Below, piece after piece: positions 13,252 to 25,660 of a stretch of DNA of 64,000 nt. Below the pieces are notes generated by a model. It made no database searches and had not been told where the DNA came from. It was given only the letters and a program-made list of their open reading frames with translations. The stretch's first letter is position 1. Each line of letters starts with the position of its first letter. Made by a program: the position numbers and the translations under genes. The stretch comes from Octopus sinensis. Its lineage: Eukaryota. The DNA is taken from the NCBI RefSeq assembly GCF_006345805.1, contig NC_043018.1:3472001-3536000 (forward strand), in the 5' to 3' direction.

Positions 13252-13624
13252 AAAAATAGTAGGAAATATAATTCCAAACTTACAGGGAAAATTCAATTTA
13301 GCAATTCTAAATCAAATTTCCCAATATATAATATATATATATATATATTATATATATATGTATGTATATATATATATATAATTTAGAGAAAAGACTATCT
13401 GTATGTATGTATGTATGTATGTATGTATGTATGTATGTATGTATGTATGCATGCGTGCTTGTATATATATATGAATGAATGTAATTCTGAGTTCAAACAC
13501 CGTTGAGGTTACCTTTGTCCATCCTTTCGGGGTCGATAAAATAAGTACCAATTGAGCTCTAGGGTTTATGTAATCGACTAGCCGACTCGCCTGAGATTGC
13601 GGGTCTTGTGTCATAATTGGAAAC

Positions 13625-14115
13625 CATTATTATTGTTATTTTGAGTGAGAGAGCAGTGCATGCCATCAAAGTGACACTGGGGTAAAATATACGAAGCCTA
13701 GTATACCCATCATGACTACTCGTCTGATAAGGTTACACCAGGTACATGCATCACAACCATATGTGCAAGACATGGTGATTTCATATCAAGATAAACAACG
13801 CATGACCTTGAGAGGGGCCCAGTTAGAATTTTCTTCAGGTCGAGTAGCCTATCCCGCTCAAACGTTCTCCGAATAAAGTTTGTTTAAGGATGATGAACGA
13901 AACACCCATGTTTCCAGAGGTGAATTATTCAAACCCCCCAAAATCCCTCTCAACACATGGCTATGATGCTCCCCCACTACTTCTGCTCGTGATCAGAGAT
14001 GCATATATCGTCAGCCACTAAGGGACATGCTCAACTGGTTAAGGTCAAACAACTGACAAGCAAATCTGTGGTATTGAGCAGAATATTTGCTGTAGCCCAT
14101 CTTTTTATACCGAGA
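13625..14115 (-). mobile_element. Interspersed repeat ending in a TAA-like tail, probably a LINE 3' region
   Basis: Complex non-coding sequence that on the minus strand ends ...CTCTCTCACTCAAAATAACAATAATAAT. Single copy in the window, so the classification is inference. Confidence 0.35.
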
Positions 14116-14389
14116 CAACAGGCGTATCCTTTCGGAGTCGATAAATTAAGTACCAGTGAAACACTGGGGTCGATGTAATCGACTAGTCCCCTCCCCACAA
14201 ATTTGAGGCCTTGTGCCTCCAGTACAAAGGATTATTATTATTATTATTGTCGTCATTATCAACAGCAGCATCACCTTCAGCATCAGCAGCAGCAGCAGCA
14301 GTAGAAGCAGAATCGGCATCAGTTTTATTTCCATCATTTTTTTATTCACGTATTACACCTTCGTTGACAAAACTATGCCCTACGTGTCT

Positions 14390-14750
14390 TCTACCATAGC
14401 CTTAGGCCGATCAAAGTTTAGTGAATGGATTCGGTAGGCGGAAATTGAAAAAATCCTGTCATGTGTGTGTGTGCGTGCGTAGTGTGTGTGCGTACTGTGT
14501 GTGCGTGTGTCTTTGTGTACGTGCTGCACCCCGCCACCGCCGCTTGACAGCTGGTGTCGGTGTGCTTCTGTCTCTGTAACTTAGCCGTACGGCAAAAGTG
14601 ACCAATATAATTAGTACCAGACTTCAAAAGAAAATAAGAACTGAGGGTCGATTCGTTTGACTAATCGTACGTACTAATGGTACGTACTAATTCCTCAAAG
14701 CAGTGCCTCAACATGGCCGCAGTTTAATGACGGACACAAGTTAAAAACAT
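14390..14750 (+). mobile_element. SINE family B (diverged, 5'-truncated)
   Basis: GTCTTCTACCATAGCC, GTAACTTAGCCG, ACATGGCCGCAGT. Confidence 0.75.
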
Positions 14751-15289
14751 AAAAGAAGTAGCTCTTTAGATAAATGCATCCATATATACAGGTATACGTC
14801 GGAACATTATACATACATAATAATATAGTACGAGGGGAAAGCGCAGAGCAGTGATGTGAATAAATGCACTCTTATTACCAGTTCTAATGGTGCATTTGCA
14901 CCATTTGTCTACGGCGAGCCTATAGCTTTTCTAAGAGTTCCTACTTGCCACTAGTACATTGCATTTCTAACCTATAGAATTTGTATCTAAAAACAAACAT
15001 ATGTGTTTGTACATAATGCATAAATGTACTTATGTATACATACTGTGTACTTCATAAGTACATAAGTACATACATTTATGCATGTATGTGTCTCTTCTAT
15101 TTTTTAATTATTATAAATCTTCAACAAAGATTCAAGGCTCCATCTTTGGAATGTAATTAATACAGACAAATTCACGTTTGGAACGTGAGAAAAGTCTTGC
15201 ATATTTTTACTATTCCCCTAAGAGATTGCATTTGTAATGTAGGAATTAGAAGGTCAAGTTCTCTTTCTGAAAATCCCAGTTTATCTAGA

Positions 15290-15500
15290 TTCTTCTTTGC
15301 TCTTTTACTTCTTTCAGTCATTTGACAGCGGCCATGCTGGAGCACCGCCTTTAGTAGAGCAAATCGACCCCATAAGTTATTCTTTGTAAGCCTAGTACTT
15401 ATTCTATGGGTCACTTTTGCCGAAAAGCTAAGTTACGGGGACGTAAATACACTATCATCTGTTGTCAAGCGATGTTGGGGGGACAAACACAGACACACAA

Positions 15501-15565
<65 letters not shown>

Positions 15566-15630
15566 CGACGGGCTTCTTTCCGTTTCCGTCTACCAAATCC
15601 ACTCACAAGGCTTTGGTCAGCCCGAGGCAA
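15290..15630 (-). mobile_element. SINE family B
   Basis: CAGTCATTTGACAGCGGCCATGCTGGAGCACCGCCTTTAG...GGCTTTGGTCAGCCCGAGG. Confidence 0.85.
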
Positions 15631-15877
15631 TAGCATTTACTAACAAAACCTTGTGCTCCAATTATTATTGGTATGAATATAAATTCATAGTCTGTATGTA
15701 TGTAAGTCATTATCTCAAGATTTCTTGGTAATAAAGAAAGAACCGGTTTCTGACCTAGATCCAAAGTTCCTTCATTGGAATTTCAACATCAACAACAGGG
15801 TATTTTTGTTTGCTTCTTTGGTATTTAGGCAGTCTGTTACATATCCCAGGACCCTAAAATTACAGGTATACACCAAT

Positions 15878-16240
15878 GTATGTATGTATGTATGTATATA
15901 TGTATGTATGCATGTATGTATGTATGTATGTATGTATGTATGAATGTACGTATGTATGCATGTATGAATGGACGTATGTATGTATGAATGTATGTATGAA
16001 TATACGTATGTATGTATGTATGTATGTATGTATGTGTGTATGTATGTATGAGTGTATGTATGTATGTATGAATGTATGTATGTACGTGTGTATGTATGTA
16101 TGAATGTATGTATGTATGTATGTATGAATGGACGTATGTATGTATGTATGTATGTGTGTATGTATGTATGAATGTTTGTATGTACGTGTGTATGTATGTA
16201 TGAATGTATGTATGTGTGTGTGTATATATGTCTGTATGTA
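15878..16240. repeat. (TATG)n microsatellite
   Basis: Direct reading. Similar tracts lie at 17320-17500, 27860-28050, 39320-40260 and 42310-42500. Confidence 0.95.
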
Positions 16241-16267
16241 TATGTGTAGATAAAAAACTAGAATTTC

Positions 16268-17074
16268 CCATCAGATGTGTCTCAGACGGATCTATGGCAT
16301 TATGTGAGAGGACCGCATTAGTGATCTTGAAATATTGGAAGGCTCTCGGTGCGAAAGTATAGAAGCTCTTGTGTTAAAGCAAAGGCTCAGATGGAGTGGT
16401 CATCTGGTCAGGATGAAGGATTCAAGGATGCCAAAACTCTTTTATGGAGAGTTAGCTAAAGGAGAACAACCCTCACATAAACCAAAAAAGAGGTATAAGG
16501 ACTTGCTGAAGGCTTCCTTCAGAGATGCTTGCATCTCTCCTGACACATGGGAAGGCATGGCTATTGATCGTAGCAGGTAGAGAAAGATTGTGCACGAGGG
16601 GACAGCTACTTTTGAGAAATCTCGAGTTGCACATGAGAAAGTAAGGAGGGATGTCAGGAAGGGCATCGCTGTTACACTTCCAGATGGGAAAGGGCTTCCT
16701 ATGATGCTGACATGCAGTGTCTGTGCAAGACCCTGCCTCAGTAAAGCTGGACTCAAGAGTCATCTTCGAAGTCATAAAACGAGACAGATGAGTGACAACC
16801 TGGCCACTGGTGGTGGTGTAACACACCATACTAATCATATCTGCCGAGCATGTGGAAAAGAGTGTAATTCGACAGGAGGGCTTAAATGACATGCAAAGGT
16901 ACGTGAAGCCCAGTTACAACTACAGCCGGCTATTACCAGTAAAGGTTTTAGTTGCCAATTTTGTACAAGACATTGTAGATCTTTAGCTGGGCTAAAAAGT
17001 CACATTCGATCACAGCACCAATAACAGTTAAGCTTCGTGCAATGGCCATACTCGATAACGAGAGGGCAGCCATC
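16268..17074 (+). mobile_element. RTE/BovB-like LINE 3' end with three C2H2 zinc fingers (pseudogenised)
   Basis: HQMCLRRIYG, QRLRWSGHLVRMKDSRMPK.LFYGEL, KPKKRYKD.LK, WEGMA.DRSR*RK, CSVCARPCLSKAGLKSHLRSH, CRACGKEC and CQFCTRHCRSLAGLKSHIRSQH. The 3' end is CAATGGCCATACTCGATAACGAGAGGGCAGCCAT. Confidence 0.9.
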
Positions 17075-17638
17075 ATATGTGTAGATATGTATGTTTTGAT
17101 TTCTGTATGTATTCTCATGCATATCGTTGCATATATAGACAAGCTCGTATATACTTAAATGATAAACTTTACAGATTTTTACAATTCCGGTGATGGACTG
17201 GACCTGTAGAGTTCGAATTAGGTTTCTTCTTCCTGGTTTTGAGAAAACTAATTTCTCAAGATTGGTATTTAGGCAGTGTGTTACATATCCCAGGGCCCTA
17301 AAATTACAAGTATACAACTATGTATGTATGTTTGTATGTATGTATGTATGTATGTATGTATGTATGTATGTATGTATTATATATGCATGTATGAATGTAT
17401 GTATGAATGTACGTATGTATGTATGTATGAATGAATGTATGTACGTGTGTATGTATGTATGAATGTATGTATGTATATATGAATGTATGTATGTATGTAT
17501 AAGTAGAATTATATTTACGGATGTACATGCGATTTTTATATGTGCACATGTTTTGATAATTGTGTTTACTTACAATTATACACGCTCTACAATTGCGTCA
17601 CGTATTGACCGTTATTTTCACTTTTGTTTATATATATA

Positions 17639-17999
17639 CTAGCAGTATCGCCCGGCGTTGCTCGGGTTTGTAAGGGAAATAACTGTAAAGCATTTTTAGA
17701 GAGTTATAGCAAAAAAATGGGAAAAAAATGATGGTAAATTTTTTTTTGAGAGTTAAAAGGGTCGAGTTGCGTCCCCTAGACAGTCTGTGGTTTGTGTTTC
17801 TGATTCTCGACCCCATGTCGAATTTATCAATTTTTTTCAGAACTGGGGGAACTTTTTGAAAATTTTCGCTGCGTTAGTTTTGAATTATGACATTGGGCTA
17901 TGAGTGTGTCAAGTTTCATCAGAATCGGTTGAAAGCCGTGGTCAGGGTGAGGGTACAACCTGACAGACACACAGACACACACACAGACAAACTGCCGTT

Positions 18000-18005
<6 letters not shown>
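17639..18005 (-). mobile_element. Non-autonomous Helitron, second copy
   Basis: Highly similar to 327-711. CTAG at 17639-17642 with hairpin CCCGAGCAACGCCGGG; the 5' end merges into (TA)n. Confidence 0.88.
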
Positions 18006-18044
<39 letters not shown>

Positions 18045-18047
<3 letters not shown>

Positions 18048-18250
18048 TTTTATTCTTTTACATGTTTCAGTCATTTGACTGCAGTCATGTTGGAGCACCG
18101 CCTTCAGTCGAACAAACCGACCCCATGACTCATTCTTTGTAAGGCTACTACTTATTCTATCTGAGTCATTTGCCGAACCCCTAAGTTATGGGAATGTAGA
18201 CACACCAGCATCGGTTGTTAAGTGATGGAGGGAACAAATACGGACACACA
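18045..18250 (-). mobile_element. SINE family B (3' half)
   Basis: TTTCAGTCATTTGACTGCAGTCATGTTGGAGCACCGCC...CACACCAGCATCGGTTGT. Confidence 0.82.
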
Positions 18251-18903
18251 AATACATGCATACATACATACGTACATACATACATACATACATACATACA
18301 TACATACATACATACATACGCATATACATACATACATACATACATACGTACATACATACATGCATACATATATGTACACACGCACACACACACGTAAATA
18401 ATCATACATATATATACATACATATTAAATGTGTATGTGTTTTTGCATGCACTGTATGTATTTACGTGTGTGTGTATTTATATATATATCATATAATTTT
18501 TAATAGGCAGAATTAATTACAAACTGACTGAAGGGTCAGAGGGTGTTTCGTGCATGTGACGTACCAAGCTAAGTGACGTGAACGAAACTCTCGTTGTTGA
18601 GCCACTTGGCAATACCTGTCGATCAAACGTAGTTAGATATATGTGTATATATATGTATATGTACATAGGAATATATATACGACGTCCGCACACCCACAAA
18701 CACACAAGCACCCTCACCAATATTGTACAACGTACAACAGAAATGTTCGTCACTCGCTGAAACGCACTAAACGTCTTCATAAATTAAGGCAACATCAATC
18801 CGGACGATATAAATTAGTAAAACGCATTGTACACTTATTCAATTAAAAGAACAATGAACTGCCCATATATATACGTAGAGAGAGTTTTATAAATATATAT
18901 ATA

Positions 18904-19135
18904 TACTCTTTTACTCTTTTACTCTTTTACTTGTTTCAATCATTTGACTGCGGCCATGCTGGAGCACCGCCTTTAATCGAGCAACTCGACCCCGGGACTT
19001 ATTCTTTTGTAAGCCCAGTACTTATTCTATCGGTCTCTTTTGCCGAACCGCTAAGTAACGGGGACGTAAACACACCAGCATCGGTTGTCAAGCAATGCTA
19101 GGGGGACAAACACAGACACACACAAACACACACGC

Positions 19136-19168
<33 letters not shown>

Positions 19169-19326
19169 CGACGGGCTTCTTTCAGGTTCCGTCTACCAAA
19201 TCCACTCACAAGGCTTTGGTCGGCCCGAGGCTATAGCAGAAGACATTTGCCCAAGATGCCACGCAGTGGGACTGAACCCGGAACCATGTGGTTGGTAAAC
19301 AAGCTACTTACCACACAGCCACTCCT
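18904..19326 (-). mobile_element. SINE family B, near full length
   Basis: Runs from the tail (TACTCTTT)n to the head ACCACACAGCCACTCCT. Confidence 0.9.
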
Positions 19327-19431
19327 ATATATAACGGGAAGGTTTACGAAAATAAACAAAAGACGAAGGCAGGTGGGGTACAAACAAACAAATGTATTAG
19401 TATGGCGCTCAGGAATAAAAATAAAACAAGC

Positions 19432-19467
19432 CTTTTACGTTTCGAGCCTACGCTCTTCAACAGAAAG
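19432..19467 (-). ncRNA. Minimal type I hammerhead motif, mutated core (CUGUUGA)
   Basis: CTTT-CTGTTGA-A-GAGC GTAG GCTC-GAAAC-GTA-AAAG. Confidence 0.5.
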
Positions 19468-19545
19468 ATACACAGAAAAAAAACAAGGAGAGATACAAGG
19501 AGAGAGAAAAAAATGCGTGTAGGAGCTAACGATCTATCATGGCGA

Positions 19546-19587
<42 letters not shown>

Positions 19588-19684
19588 CGGGAAGGTTTAC
19601 GAAAATAAACAAAAGATGAAGGCAGGTGGAGTACAAACAAACAAATGTATTAGCATGGTGCTCAGGAATAGAAATAAAACAAGA

Positions 19685-19720
19685 CTTTTACGTTTCGAGC
19701 CTACGCTCTTCGTCAGAAAG
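19685..19720 (-). ncRNA. Minimal type I hammerhead ribozyme motif
   Basis: CTTT-CTGACGA-A-GAGC GTAG GCTC-GAAAC-GTA/AAAG: 4-bp stem I, 4-bp stem II, palindromic ACGU stem III and a GUA cleavage triplet. Confidence 0.72.
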
Positions 19721-20014
19721 ATACACCAAAACAAAACAAGGAGAGAAACAAGGAGAGAAAAAAATGCGTGTAGGAGCTAACGATCTAACATGATATAAAC
19801 TTATATATGTATGTATATTCGTGTGTGTGTATGGCTCTGTCTGTGTCTGTGTGCGTATACATATATACTTATATATAAATACATATAACATAACGAAACA
19901 AGATGGCGTTTCTGTAGACACGTGTTTCATTCATAAATACACAAAATAGAATTGTTGTCAAACGAGGAAATTAAAAAAAAAGAAAGAGAAGCATAAGCAG
20001 CTTATATGTACATG

Positions 20015-20300
20015 TGGCTGCGTGGTTAGAAGCTTGCTTCCCAACCACATGGTTCCAGGTTCAGACCTACTTCATGGCACCTTGGGCAAGTGTCTTCTAC
20101 TATAGCCTCGCACCGGCCAAAGCCTTCTTCCCCCTGCCATCTCTTGACAACTGATATTGGTATGTTTACGTCCACGAAACTTAACGGTTCGATTAAAGCG
20201 ACCGATAGAATAAATACTATGCTTACAAAGAATAATTCCTAGAGATGATTTGTTCAACTAAAGGCGGTGCTCCAGCATGGCCGCAGTCAAATGACTAACA
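20015..20300 (+). mobile_element. SINE family B (internally deleted)
   Basis: TGGCTGCGTGGTTAGAAGCTTGCTTCCCAACCACATGG...GGCGGTGCTCCAGCATGGCCGCAGTC. Confidence 0.82.
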
Positions 20301-20433
20301 AATAATGGAATATATAGATAGATATACTTATACATATGTATGTATAATGCATGTATAATATACATGTGTATATATATATATATATAATATATATATATAT
20401 ATATCTTATATATCTATATGTATGTATATATAC

Positions 20434-20503
<70 letters not shown>

Positions 20504-20846
20504 GGGGGACTATCAGTGCTGGGACACCTGTCCTGATTGATTTTAATCGAACAAATCGATCCTAGTAATTAAGATCTTTCCGTTGTATATCAACTACTAC
20601 TAATTCACTCTGGTACATATTCTATTGGGCTCCCTGTCGAAGTGCTAGGTCACGTGGACATAAACAGCGAAAACAACGGCTATCGAACAATGAAAACAGA
20701 CACACACACACACATACACATGCACACACACACACACGCATACACACACACACACACACATACACATGCACACACACACACGCATACACACACACACACA
20801 CCACACACACACAAACAAATACATACATACATATATAAATACTTAC

Positions 20847-20910
<64 letters not shown>

Positions 20911-21309
20911 TCAAAGAATCGACCTGCAAAGCCAGCAGCTAAACTCCCCTAAATAACACACGCGATGCTGTCTAACGGAAGATACACTGGACAGTGTAGA
21001 CACATATGAACCATGACCGATCGATAGACATGATGGTCGTGTTTGGAAAGCTTTTATGCTTTTGACAATCAATGTTTTGCTTAATCAAATCCAAGACCAC
21101 TATGATCACCAACAACAACTACAACAACAAGAACTATAACAACAACAATCACAATACTAACAATCTGAATGTGAAAACATGACCGGTTCAAACCAGGTTC
21201 AAACTCGGTTAAGGCCAAATCGTTATCTTTTGGGTTCTGCTTCAGTGCTTCTCCAATAAATATTTGTTTATAGCCCCTATATTAATTAGGCTGTGTTTTG
21301 CACACACAC

Positions 21310-21368
<59 letters not shown>

Positions 21369-21369
21369 C

Positions 21370-21600
21370 TTTTATCTTTTTTGTTTCGGTCGTTACACTG
21401 GGAAGGCCATACTGGGACATTACCTTGAAATGTTTTAGTGGATCAAATGAACCCCAAGATTTTTCTTTTTAAAAGCCTGGTACTTATTCTATCGGTTCTC
21501 TTTTGCCGAACCACTATGTTACGAGGACGTAAACACGCCAACACCGGTTGTCAAGCAGTGGCTAGGGGAGACAAACACAGGCACACAAACACACACACAT
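21370..21600 (-). mobile_element. SINE family B (diverged)
   Basis: GCCTGGTACTTATTCTATCGG..TTTTGCCGAACC..CCAACACCGGTTGTCAAGC. Confidence 0.75.
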
Positions 21601-21675
21601 CAATACATAGATATAGATGTTTGAATGTGTATAAGATTTTGTAGATATTTCTTGTTTCATTGTCATTTATTATGA

Positions 21676-21732
<57 letters not shown>

Positions 21733-21734
21733 TT

Positions 21735-21799
<65 letters not shown>

Positions 21800-22228
21800 G
21801 TAGGTAGATAGATAGTTTTAACGCTACAAGGAAAATGTTGACAGTAACTTTGAAGTGTAATAAACATGTACTCTGCTGAAAACTATGAAGTAATCCTGCA
21901 GTTTTTGTTTAACTCTTTTTATATAACTTGACATATAAACAAACATGTGCGTACGTATGTTTGTTTTTCTGTATGAATATATATATGCTATATACATATA
22001 AACAATTGCAGCGTGGAAGGTGTAGCACGGAATTTTGTCAGTGAAGAGGTCGCGGTTTCAAAGCGACGAAAATCTTTCGGGAAATTAAATTTAGATGTTG
22101 AAGTGAATCTAACGATGTTTGTGTATTTTAAGATGGCATATAAACAACTTCCACGCTGTAGTTGTTATATATATATATGTACACACACACACACACGCGC
22201 GCGCGCATACACATATACATATGTATAC

Positions 22229-22269
<41 letters not shown>

Positions 22270-22320
22270 AATATACATATGTATACGTATATGTATATAT
22301 ATACATATATATAGATATAG

Positions 22321-23008
22321 TGTGTGTTGTGGTACGTGTATGTGCATAGAAAATTTTACGCGTATATATGTATATACATATGTATGTGTATGTATGTAGT
22401 GTGTGAATAATGTTATGTGCGTGTGGTAGCTACACGTATCTGTTCCAGATATAGACACACCCACACATACATATATACTCTTATTTCTATTACTAACATA
22501 AACATATAACATATATATTTCTTCTATATACCAACTACATATATAATACATCTATACATGGCTATATGCATGTTTGTATTTATATATGCATGTACACAGA
22601 CACGGGACATCTTTGTGTATATTTATTTCTTACTGTATAACGTTGCAAAACAGGTAAAAAAAAAAACAGAAGATGCTTACCTGCTCCGTTGATTAATTAT
22701 ATACCTAAATATACACCACTCACACACACACACTTGTATATATAGATTATAAAATATAACTTTTATTTAAAAAAAATTTCTGTGTATAGGAAGAGTGGAC
22801 TCTACCGCCTCTTTTGCGACATATCCCGGACAGCGTGTCCTAGTTGTTTTTAGTACGGCACATAATTGCAGAAACAATGTGTCACCGGTTTTCCTCGCTG
22901 GTCACCTTTGAAGTCCAGATGACTATATAATATAGGAAAATATATATATATAATATATATATATATAACACTACGTATAACATATATATATACATGTACA
23001 TATATATG

Positions 23009-23053
<45 letters not shown>

Positions 23054-23730
23054 ACGTGTTGTGCATAGAAAATTTTACGCGTATATATGTATATACATAT
23101 GTATGTATGTATGTATGTGTGTGAATAAATGTTTATGTGCGTGTGTAGCTACACGTATCTGTTCCAGATATAGACACACCCGCACATACATATATACTCT
23201 TATTTCTATACTAACATAAACATATACATATATATTTCTTCTATATACCCACACATAATATACATACATCTATACATGGCTATATGCATGTTTGTATTTA
23301 TATATGCATGTACACAGACACGGGACATCTTTGTGTATATTTATTTCTTACTGTATAACGTTGCAAAACAGGTAAAAAAAAAACAGAAGATGCTTACCTG
23401 CTCCGTTGATTAAATTATATACCTAAATATACACACACTCACACACACACACTTGTATATATAGATTTATAAACTTATGTATTTAAAAAAATATTTCTGT
23501 GTTATAGGAAGAGTGGACTCTTACCGCCTCTTTTGCGACATATCCCGGACAGCGTGTCCTAGTTGTTTTTAGTACGGCACATAATTGCAGAAACAATGTG
23601 TCACCGGTTTCTCGCTGGTCACCTTTGAAGTCCAGATGACTATATAATATAGATATATATATATACATATATATATATATAACACTACGTATATACATAT
23701 ATATATACATGTACATATATATGTATATAC

Positions 23731-23760
<30 letters not shown>
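22321..23760. repeat. Tandem duplication, ~719-bp period
   Basis: GCATAGAAAATTTTACG occurs at 22344 and 23063. Unique internal sequence is duplicated with mostly 1-nt indel differences. Confidence 0.9.
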
Positions 23761-23768
<8 letters not shown>

Positions 23769-24046
23769 ATGTGTATGGTCACTTCCTATATCAGTGTATA
23801 TATATATATGTATAAACATATGCTTGTGTGTGGTCGTGGGTGTGTCTTTGAGGGTGTGTTTGTTTTGTTTGCGTGTCTGTGTCTGTGTGCGAGAAAATGT
23901 CCGTATATCCGTGTGTGTGTGTGTGTGTGTTGTGTGTGTGTGTGTGTGTTGTGTGTGTATGTGTGTATGTATGTATGTGTGTGTGTGTGTGTATGTGTGT
24001 ATGTGTGTATGTATGTATGTGTGTGTGTGTGTGTGTGTATGTGTTT

Positions 24047-24077
<31 letters not shown>

Positions 24078-24529
24078 GTTTTTGTTTATCTACATACTGT
24101 AATCCTTTTGTGCATCTGCTTAGAAACGCAATAATATTTTTCCCCGTGTGAAGTTTTGTGTGTGTGCGTTGGTGCGTGTGTGTCTGTGTGTGTGTCTGTG
24201 TGTGCGCATTTATGCGTATGCCCATGCATGCGTATACGCATGTGTGTTCGTGCGTGCATGGCTGTGTGCGTACGCCGCCTGCTTATCTCTATCCGCTTGT
24301 GTTTGCGTATGTGTGTGTGTGAGTGTGTGTGTGAGTGTGTGTGTCATCGTGCTTATGCAATTGTTTGTTTGTGTGTATGTGTCTGAGTGCCTGTATGAGG
24401 ATATTGATGAGAGAGAGAGAGTGAGAGGGAGAGAGGGAGAAGGAGAGTTAGGGAGAGCGAGAGAGCGAGAGAGAGAGAGAGAGAGAGAGAATCAGAGGAA
24501 AAGCGAAAGAGTGTATGAGAGAGAACTGG

Positions 24530-24638
24530 AGGTGAGAGATGATGATAACCAAAGCGGAACACGAAGAATTAAGTGGCCAGTCTGTTCTCGCTGTTGTTGC
24601 TGCTGCTGCTGTTAGTGATGATGACGGCAACGACGACG

Positions 24639-24670
<32 letters not shown>

Positions 24671-25404
24671 GACGCTGAAGAGGAACGACGACGATGATGA
24701 TGATGATGATGATTGTGGTGGTGGTGGTGGTGATGATGAGGATGACGATAGTGATGACGTCTCCGGTGACAATGATGAAGATGATGCGATGAGAACGATG
24801 ATGATGATGATGCGTCGTTGCTGTTTGTGGTGGGGTGGTGGTGGTGGTGGTGGTGGTAGTAGTAGTAGAGGCGGTGGTGGTGGTGGTGGTGGTGGTGGAG
24901 GCGGTGGTGGTGGTGATGTCGGAGTAGGAGAATAAAACGGTGGTTATCGGAGCATTGTTTGCTGTTTTGTTTGTTGTTTGTTAGATGCGATGGATGTGGT
25001 CAATGGCGGCGATGACGTTGGTCGCAAATGAAAATGATGACAGCAACAAGGCCGGTATTGATGACGCCGGCAGCGGCCATGGTGGAAGGATGTGCAATCG
25101 ATTGTGATGGCGGAGGGGTGGCTGTGGGGGGTTTCTAGTGATGATGGAGGTGGTGGTGGTGGTGGTTGATGGTGGTTCGGATGGTTATGGTGGCTCTGAT
25201 GTGTTGTTGTTGTTGTTGTTGTTGTTGTTAGTGGTGATGGTATTGATACCATCAGGCTCTTATTGTCAGTGGTCATCATATCACGTACCCAGGACTATTC
25301 CCCAGTTCTTCTTTTTTTCTTTTTTTTTCAGGGGTGGGTGGCCACAGCAAGACACACATCAGGGATTCCATTCATTTCCCAGCTCGGGTCAGCAGTGGTG
25401 GTCG

Positions 25405-25465
<61 letters not shown>

Positions 25466-25660
25466 GGTGGTGGTGGTGGTGGTATTGGTGGTATTGGTGG
25501 TGGTGGTGGTGGTGGTGGTGGTATTGGTGGTGGTGGTGGTGGTATTGGTGGTGGTGGTGATGGTGCTGGTGGTGGTGGTGGTTGTGGTGGCGGTGGTAGC
25601 GGTGGTGGCGGTGGTGGCGGTGGTGGTGGTGGTAGTGGTGGTAACTATTGTTATTTGAAG
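24530..25660. repeat. Mixed trinucleotide low-complexity region (GAT/GGT/GTT)
   Basis: Direct reading of the sequence. Confidence 0.9.

Larger units (their letters stand above)
19332..19793 (-). repeat. Two tandem ~253-bp units, each with a minimal hammerhead motif (Penelope-like pLTR-type repeat)
   Basis: Units start TAACGGGAAGGTTTACG at 19332 and 19585 and are separated by (TA)n. An HHR motif lies on the minus strand in each. The PLE origin is inference. Confidence 0.75.

Noticed and set aside
22676-22710. Minus-strand CAG/GTAAG donor and possible 24-nt micro-exon in the duplicated unit; also ORF 23483-23782
   Set aside because: No polypyrimidine tract, no recognisable protein similarity, and the two copies disagree in frame.
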